Shown here one piece after another: positions 55,706 to 64,000 of a DNA stretch of 64,000 nucleotides. The number at the start of each line of letters is the position of its first letter. Position 1 is the stretch's first letter. The translations under genes and the position numbers were made by a program. The notes beneath the pieces are model-generated. The model was not told where the DNA came from. It was given only the letters and a program-made list of their open reading frames with translations, and searched no databases. The stretch is from Macrostomum lignano (lineage: Eukaryota): contig NIVC01002949.1 in the NCBI GenBank assembly GCA_002269645.1, forward strand, positions 62,001 to 126,000. Reading direction: 5' to 3'.

Positions 55706-56472
55706 TGAGTGCGTACAGTATTGGCACGCTTGCAGGTGCTCAGGAGTCAGCGGAATGGGCAGAATTGCTCAGCGCTGGTTGCGGAACCACGTCGCCAAGG
55801 CGTTGCGCCAGGGTGCCCGCAGCCCTCCGCAGGAAAAAAGGTGTTTATAAGGCCAAAGATTCAAAACTCGTCTTCAATTCTGTCTGTTTAAAACTTAAGT
55901 TCTATTGTAAAAAATAAATAAACAGAAGTGGGAGATGGCATTTAAACATGTGAGTTAAGGAGCTCCGTTGATTTTTCATAAAAATCATTTATTATTCAAA
56001 GCCAACTTTTATTTTAACGTCATCAAGTGGATACAAAAATTTTATATTAAAAACCTTTTATGATCTACGCTACTGAAAGTAGCGCTCTCGCATATTGTTG
56101 CGAAACAAATGAAACAAGCGAAAACAGCTTAGAGACAGTTTTCACCATAGATTAAATTTTTCGAGGTGAGCACACCCGTGTCTATCCAGCAAGTAGGGGC
56201 AGGTTACTTCATACATGTACATGGATCTTTGCACTATAAAAATGTGTAGAGCTAAATTGTTATCACAAAATTTGATGGCAAATAATTGGCTGATGAAAGT
56301 TTATGCATGTACCAATAGGCAATCAAGCTAATAGGTTTATAAAAACAGATTACGTTAAGGGGTTAGAACAAAAATATTAATAAATTCCAGTATCAATAGT
56401 TGTCTTGAAATATCACTTCAGACTGTGGTTTCTGCCACTATTCATTAACTTTCTGCGTTGGCTCCAGCAGAC

Positions 56473-59400
56473 TTAGGAGGTGATTTTGATGTCGTCTGAA
56501 ATAATGAAGTAATGCCTCAACTTCAAGATACACATAATAAACGAAATGAGACACCTGCTTCAGAATTTGGACACATTCAGGCTCGATAGACGAACTAATC
56601 TTTTAAGCCTGTGAGGCACCTTTGGATTCAGCCTTAAGACACCCTCCACCTCAGCCTTAAGACACCCTCCACCTCAGCCTTGAGACACCCTCCACCTTAG
56701 CCTTGAGACACCCTCCACCTCAGCCTTGAGACACCCTCCACCTCAGCCTTAAGACACCCTCCACCTCAGCCTTGAGACACCCTCCACCTCAGCCTTAAGA
56801 CACCCTCCACCTCAGCCTTGAGACACCCTCCACCTTAGCCTTGAGACACCCTCCACCTCAGCCTTGAGACACCCTCCACCTCAGCCTTGAGACACCCTCC
56901 ACCTCAGCCTTAAGACACCCTCCACCTCAGCCTTAAGACACCCTCCACCTCAGCCTTAAGACACCCTCCACCTCAGCCTTGAGACACCCTCCACCTTAGC
57001 CTTGAGACACCCTCAACCTCAGTCTGGAGACACCCTCCACCTCAGCCTTGAGACACCCTCCACCTTAGCCTTGAGACACCCTCCACCTCAGCCTTAAGAC
57101 ACCCTCCACCTCAGCCTTGAGACACCCTCCACCTTAGCCTTGAGACACCCTCCACCTTAGCCTTGAGACACCCTCCACCTCAGTCTGGAGACACCCTCCA
57201 CCTCAGCCTTGAGACACCCTCCACCTCAGCCTTGAGACACCCTCCACCTCAGCCTTGAGACACCCTCCACCTCAGTCTGGAGACACCCTCCACCTCAGCC
57301 TTGAGACACCCTCCACCTCAGCCTTGAGACACCCTCCACCTCAGCCTTGAGACGCCCTCCACCTCAGCCTTGAGACACCCTCCACCTCAGCCTTGAGACA
57401 CCCTCCACCTCAACCTTGAGACACCCTCCACCTCAGTCTGGAGACACCCTCCACCTCAGCCTTGAGACACCCTCCACCTCAGCCTTGAGACACCCTCCAC
57501 CTCAGCCTTGAGACACCCTCCACCTCAGCCTTGAGACGCCTCTTCTTTAGCCATCGAGCACCCTCGGCCCTTCGTCTTATCAAGAGACACGACCCATCAC
57601 CCAGATACCAAGCAGAACACCCGCCGCAACCTACCCATGCTGATGCTCTTAGTCGGATATCCGCCAGACGCGATGTTCTGATCCTCAGCAGATGAAGATT
57701 TCTCCCTGCTCACCCGGCAGACTTGCACCACTTTGCGCACATACAGACACAGCAGCACTGCCCCGGCGGCTACCAGGTTAGCAACGAAGATGGCCGGATC
57801 GCGCCACTTATAGCCGGTGAGGGTGGACACGCAGCCCCAGCACAGCTGAGCCCCTGCGCAGAACAGCAGGCCGAGGGCCACCTGACGCGAGTCGGTCAAA
57901 TCGGCGTCCCAGCTGAGCAGCGAGTACACCACGGCAGCCACCAGCAGGCCGGCCGGGTACAGGCAGCTGAGCGCCAGGCCTTCGTCGTAGAAACTCGACG
58001 GGCTGCAACGGCTCCAGGCGACGCCTTCGTAGGCGACCAGCTCGACGCTGTCCGGCCGCTGCAGGATCAGCCACTCGGTGCCGAGCATGGCCGACACCAG
58101 GCAGATGCAGATGGACAGTCCCAGCAGGCTGACCGGGTGGCTCAGGCCGGTGAAGGATGGACCTTCGCCTGGGGAGCCGGCCGCCCTGTAGATGGTCCAG
58201 TTCACCACGCTGCGCACCAGCAGGCTGGCGTAGACGATGCAGTAGACCAGGGAGAGGCCGAACCGCCGGATGGTGCACACCACCGGGGTGGCGTGGGCGA
58301 TGAACGCGATGTTGATGGCGAAGATGAGCAGGATGCCGACTAGGCACGCGAAGCCGAGATAGTTGGTGCCGGCCGTGCCCTGCACTTTGCGGGGAAACGC
58401 GTAGGCCAAGAAGCCGATGGCGACCAGGGTCACAAGGGCGCCAAGGGTGGTCAGCGCCAGCAGCACGGCGCCCCACGGGGTTCGAGCCCGGTCCCACACG
58501 TCCGGCTTGGGCAGCAGGGCCAGTGGGTCGCCTGAGTCGCCCGGACAGCCGCAGTCAACGCCGGTCGGACAGGCGGACGACGGAGTGGCAGCCAGCTGGC
58601 TGCCATCGGGACCGTAGGTGGCCAGGCTGAAGAGTGCGATGAGGGCGCCGATATGTAGTGATGCTGATAGTGTGTCTCAATAGGCTGATAATGTGTCTCA
58701 ATAGGCTGATAGTGTGTCTTAATATGCTGATAGTGTGTCTCAATAGGCTGATAATGTGTCTCAATATGCTGATAGTGTGTCTCAATAGGCTGATAATGTG
58801 TCTCAATAGGCTGATAGTGTGTCTTAATATGCTGATAGTGTGTCTCAATATGCTGATAGTGTGTCTCAATATGCTGATAATGTGTCTCAATATGCTGATA
58901 GTGTGTCTCAATATGCTGATAGTGTGTCTCAATATGCTGATAATGTGTCTCAATATGCTGATAGTGTGTCTCAATATGCTGATAATGTGTCTCAATATGC
59001 TGATAGTGTGTCTCAATATGCTGATAATGTATAATGGCAGGGGGTGTTTGCTGGGACGGGAAATTCCGATTCGAGTTAAACCAGTTAGCCAATCAGAGTC
59101 TAGATAAAGGGAGTGAGGTGGGTGAATGTACAGGGTAGGGAGGGGCATAATGTGGAAGTGACGGAATTCTAAAAATAGAATCGTACTCACCTCTGGCCAG
59201 CTTGAGGCACGTATCTATTGCGCCAATAGCCAATTTTATTATAGACATATCCGGAGCCCGACCGGACAAAATTGAGCACATCGTAGCCCCGATCTCCGTA
59301 GCCATCTGTAGTGAACCGGAACAGCAGGCTGTCGTTGCCTAGCCGGCCCTGCAGCACCCGCCACTGCGCGTTGCTAATATAGCGGTAGATAGTTGCCAGG

Positions 59401-60069
59401 CGAGTGGCCGCCGGCATCCGGTACAGGCACACATCCGTTGCCGTGGTGCCGCATTCGGCCCGCTGGAAATCGGCGACACCTTTGGCGGCGATGAATGCGG
59501 ACAGGATGGTGGAGTAGGTGCCGCCGTTCTGGGTCAGCGCGCCCGCTGGCAGGCTGCCGCTCGGGTCGCAGACGGTGGCGTACTGAGTCTGGATCACCGA
59601 GCTGCCCGTGAGACGGCACTTCAGCGTGTGCTGCCAGAATTCCTGTGGTGAGCGAGAGAGTTCAGTGTGGGCGTTAGGGTTAGGATTCTCCAAGATTGAC
59701 AGAGCTCATTAATATATACTCATGGCGATTGAGGAGAAAAAATTGCCATTTAATACTAGTTGGGATTTTGGCTCTCAATGAGCTCTGCCTCTCCCCTATC
59801 AGCCTCTCTTTTTCCTCCCTCCCTCTCCCCTCTCTCCCTCTCCCCTATCTACTTCTCTCTTTCTCTCTCCCCTCTCTCTCTCCCGTCAGCCAATTAGAAT
59901 CAAGATTGATGGAGTGAGGTGGGTGAATGTACAGGGCAGGGAGGAGCATGGCAGGGAGAGGCATAGCCCCTCTCTTCCTCTCTCCCTCTCTCCTCTCTTC
60001 CTCTCTCCTTCTCTCTCATCATTTTCTTCTGTATAACCCTACACCTATCCCCTGTAAGTTCTCACTTCT

Positions 60070-60108
<39 letters not shown>

Positions 60109-63100
60109 GTAGAGACCCCACACGCTTGAAACCGGATGCCTTTAAAAATTCAATCAACTTTGACACATCGTGACCTCCTCCCTCACCTCCAGCCAGTCCA
60201 CCGGGATGCCCTTCCGTCTGGCCGGCGCCAGTCCGATCTCGGCCACCCAGCGGTCCAGATCGGGTACAGTGAAGTAGGTCTGGCGCAGGGTCACGGCTCC
60301 CAGTGCCGCCGACTCCAGTCCCTGCACCACGGACATCTTGTCCGCCCAGCTGTCCAAGCCGAGCAGCACAAATCGGCCCTGCAGGCCGAGTTCGCGCACC
60401 GCGGTCAGCAGGGTGCGCAGGTCCTGCTCGGGCAGGTAGGCGATCAGCGCGTTGACGTACGCCATCCGGCTTGCCGACTGCAGCGCCGCTTTGGCCTCGG
60501 CCAGGCTGATCGCCGATCCGGCAGCGCCGGCGCCGATGTACTTCATGCAGACCGACTGGCTGCCGTTGCGACGGGCGATCGCCGCTTCGAAGGCCGCCTT
60601 GCCGGCCAAGCCGAACGGGGTGGTATCGTGGATGAGGGACACCACCGACCAGTTGTAGCTGCTGGCCACGTCTAGGAGGGCGTCGATCTGGCGGTTGGCA
60701 TTGGGGATGTGGGTGAGCAAGTGGTTGAATGTGGGTGAGCAGGTGGTTGGATGTGGGTGAGCAGGTTGTTGGATGTGAGTGAGCTGGTTGTTAATGTGGG
60801 TAAGCAGTGGTTGGATGTGGGTGAGCAGGTGGTAGATTTTGAGACAGAGGTTAATGAAAGTGCTTATGTAGACTACTTTATCGCTAATCTCGACTACTTC
60901 TAGTATAAGAATACGAATATTATGACCCGAAAAAATCGCTCCTTACCTGCACACTATCCGGCGGCACCACCCGCAGGAATCTCGGGTAAAATGCTCGACT
61001 GCTCAATGAAATCGCGGTGGCATCCGGCGACACCACGGTGGAGTCTGGCACGACGGTTGCCAGTCTGGCGCTGACCGCCGAACCGTCGGTGAGGTAAGCG
61101 ACGGCGGTCAGCGGGCCGACAAGGTCGGTGAAGCCGGCGTAGCCGCAGATGCCGGTGCCGGACGTGTAGGAGAAGGCGAAGGTGGCCGCCCGAGCCTCCG
61201 ACTGGCAGACATCGATGCTGAGGCCGCCGAATTTGAAGCCGGAGACGTCGGGGTCGCTGTTGTTGTTGATGAGGTCGATGGCGTAGTGGAAGGCCAGGAG
61301 GTTGTTGAAGCCGGACTGCAGGTTCATGGGCCGCACAGGGATGCGGACCGGCTGCCGTGGACTGACAGGAACTGCACGAGGTTCAGGTCCATGCTGCTGG
61401 AGTTCACCTGCATGTACACGGAGCTGGCGGCGGGGTGAGGGTTGGTCTGAATAAGATGGGCGTGATTCAGATAGCGGTAGATATCCAGATTGACATCTGA
61501 TGGCATAAGGTGTCTGCCGGTTTTTCAAGATGTCAGTTTGGCGGTGTATGATATCAGTGGGGGTGTATGATGTCAGTGGGGGTGTATGATGTCAGTGGGT
61601 GGTGTATGATGTCAGTGGGTGGTGTAAGATGTCAGTGGGTGGTGTATGATATCAGTGGGTGGTGTATGATGTCAGTGGGGGTGTATGATGTCAGTGGGTG
61701 GTGTATGATGTCAGTGGGTGGTGTATGATGTCAGTTGGTGATGTAGGATGTCAGTGGGTGTGTATGATGTCAGTGGGTGGTGTATGATGTCAGTGGGGGT
61801 GTATGATGTCAGTTGGTGATGTAGGATGTCAGTGGGTGGTGTATGATGTCAGTGGGGGTGTATGATGTCAGTGGGGGTGTATGATGTCAGTGGGTGGTGT
61901 ATGATGTCAGTGGGTGGTGTATGATGTCAGTGGGGGTGTATGATGTCAGTGGTGATGTAGGATGTCAGTGGGGGTGTATGATGTCAGTGGGTGGTGTATG
62001 ATGTCAGTGGGGGTGTATGATGTCAGTGGGTGGTGTATGATGTCAGTGGGTGGTGTATGATGTCAGTTGGTGATGTAGGATGTCAGTGGGTGGTGTATGA
62101 TGTCAGTGGTGGTGTATGATGTCAGTGGGGGTGGTATGATGTCAGTGGGTGTGTATGATGTCAGTGGGGGTGTATGATGTCAGTGGGGTGTATGATGTCA
62201 GTGGGGGTGTATGATGTCAGTGGGTGGTGTATGATGTCAGTGGGTGGTGTATGATGTCAGTGGGTGGTGTATGATATCAGTGGGTGGTGTATGATGTCAG
62301 TGGGGGTGTATGATGTCAGTGGGTGGTGTATGATGTCAGTGGGTGGTGTATGATGTCAGTTGGTGATGTAGGATGTCAGTGGGTGGTGTATGATGTCAGT
62401 GGGTGGTGTATGATGTCAGTGGGGGTGTATGATGTCAGTTGGTGATGTAGGATGTCAGTGGGTGGTGTATGATGTCAGTGGTGGTGTATGATGTCAGTGG
62501 GTGGTGTATGATGTCAGTGGGTGGTGTATGATGTCAGTGGGTGGTGTATGATATCAGTGGGGGGTGTATGATGTCAGTTGGTGATGTAGGATGTCAGTGG
62601 GTGGTGTATGATGTCAGTGGGTGGTGTATGATGTCAGTGGGGGTGTATGATGTCAGTGGGTGGTGTATGATGTCAGTGGGTGGTGTATGATGTCAGTTGG
62701 TGATGTAGGATGTCAGTGGGTGGTGTATGATGTCAGTGGGTGGTGTATGATGTCAGTGGGGGTGTATGATGTCAGTGGGGGTGTATGATGTCAGTGGGGG
62801 TGTATGATGTCAGTGGGGTGTATGATGTCAGTGGGGGTGTATGATGTCAGTGGGTGGTGTATGATGTCAGTGGGGGTGTATGATGTCAGTGGGGGTGTAT
62901 GATGTCATTAGGAGTTGTATGATGTCAGAGAGTGATGTAGGATGTCAGTGGGTGTTGTAGGATGACAATGAGTCGTGTATGCTATCAGTGGTGATGTAGG
63001 ATGTCAGTGGGTGGTTTATGATGTCAGTGGGTGGTGTATGATGTCAGTGGGTGGTGTATGATGTCAGTGGGTGGTGTATGATGTCAGTGGGTGGTCTATC

Positions 63101-63559
63101 CACATTCTAATAAATTCCCCATAGCAACCAATTAGACGGGAGCACTCACAGGTTGCGCCCCAGATTCGGGCAGACGGTGTCGCAGGAGCCGGCCAGGCTG
63201 CAGTTGCTGGTCCAGGCCAGGCTGAAGTCGCTGCGCAGTTTTAGCAGTGCCGTATCGTTGTAGGCGCCGACGCTGGAATAGAAGAAGTTGGTCGTTGAGC
63301 CCGATGATGTGGTGCGCAGCTCGTAGATGTGGTAGCCCCGGTTGCTGTCGCCGGCCGCGTTGACGGAGAAGTTCAAATTGGTGGCGTCGACGAACACGGC
63401 CGACCGGATGCCGCTCTGCACCCACTGGCGCTTCTCGCCGGAGCCGTAGAAGTCGCTGCAGATGCCGTTGTAGTCCGGACCGCAGATGCGCAGCAGAGCC
63501 GTGTGGATGCCCAGCGCGGTGGAGTAGACAGCGTTCACAACATAGAGGGCCAGTGAGTC
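56473..63559 (-). CDS. Class C GPCR (mGluR-like) with at least two tandem Venus-flytrap domains, 5'-partial; exons (minus) 63559..63150, 61423..60947, 60687..60187, 59642..59191, 58626..57635 and putative terminal exon 56495..56473; 1-nt frameshift near 61329
   Basis: End of one VFT (VVNAVYSTALGIH...C...C...GDSNRGYHIY...VGAY), then a complete VFT (LLAFHYAIDLIN, IDVC, FLRVVPPDSVQ, NWSVVS, LGLDSW, EFWQHTLKC, GYGDRGYDV, IGYW), then a class C 7TM (PWGAVLL..., VCTIRRFGLSLVYCIVYASLLVR). Splice phases are consistent. The terminal exon DDIKITS* is tentative. Confidence 0.85.
56615..57540. repeat. 23-bp minisatellite, array 2 (same unit as 54128-54830)
   Basis: Unit GAGACACCCTCCACCTCAGCCTT. Confidence 0.95.
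58660..59030. repeat. 21-bp minisatellite in a GPCR intron
   Basis: Unit TGCTGATAGTGTGTCTCAATA. Confidence 0.95.
60705..60835. repeat. ~22-bp short array in a GPCR intron
   Basis: Unit GGATGTGGGTGAGCAGGTGGTT. Confidence 0.85.
61535..63095. repeat. 20-bp GT-rich minisatellite filling a GPCR intron
   Basis: Unit GTATGATGTCAGTGGGTGGT, more than 70 copies. Confidence 0.97.
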
Positions 63560-64000
63560 CTGCAGGTGTCCACGGCGGGGCGGGGATTCTTTTATTTCTT
63601 TTATTCGCAATTCCTTTCAATCAAAAAAGTTTACAGCTCTTTCAAAATGGCATCAGTTTCTTTCAATTTGTTTTCGGTAAATAAAAAATTTGAAAATGAG
63701 CCGACAATTGGATGTTGTCGACATCATACACAGTTTAACGTGTTAAAGATCAGACACAGAACTCCAAATTCTCCTAAGCTTTTGAAGACAAGATCATAAA
63801 CTGTATGTTTTAAAAACTTTCTCTAGGACTGCCGTCTAGATTAATGAGCTGCAGTTCCAAGAAATCTGTTAATTCAATCGCTCTTTAGACTTTGAGGAGG
63901 AGGAAGATGACGTGATGGAGGGCTGTCACTGACTATTAAACTTCAACTCACCTTGTGCCCTGCTTAACGCGCCAAACGTGCATCTCACTTATGCATACAT

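Noticed and set aside
55760-55830. Minus-strand 'TWFRNQR' resembling homeodomain helix 3
   Set aside because: Followed immediately by a stop, with no upstream homeodomain residues; likely chance.

Overview
Eukaryotic (animal) genomic DNA with GC-rich exons, GT-AG introns, AT-rich intergenic DNA and very dense minisatellites. The composition, repeat-filled introns and TTAGGG-type repeat are consistent with a free-living flatworm such as Macrostomum (inference, not shown by the sequence). Eight protein-coding genes are supported. In order: the 3' end of a DDR-like receptor tyrosine kinase (+); a Src-family kinase (+); a GAPR-1/GLIPR2-like CAP protein (+); an intronless, lysine-rich secreted ependymin-like protein (+); a SARA/endofin (ZFYVE9/16) orthologue with a coding minisatellite (+); OSTC/DC2 (+); a neurocalcin (+); and the 3' part of a class C GPCR with at least two tandem Venus-flytrap domains (-). 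Mobile DNA includes P-like foldback elements with 8-bp TSDs, a 4.2-kb hAT-like element carrying satellites, a 1-kb TIR element, two CORE-type tRNA SINE copies, a decayed mariner transposase and a Crypton-like tyrosine recombinase fragment. Two genes each carry a single-base frameshift in a CCC run, probably assembly errors. Exon boundaries were read by eye from splice motifs and from recalled homology; no database searches were run.
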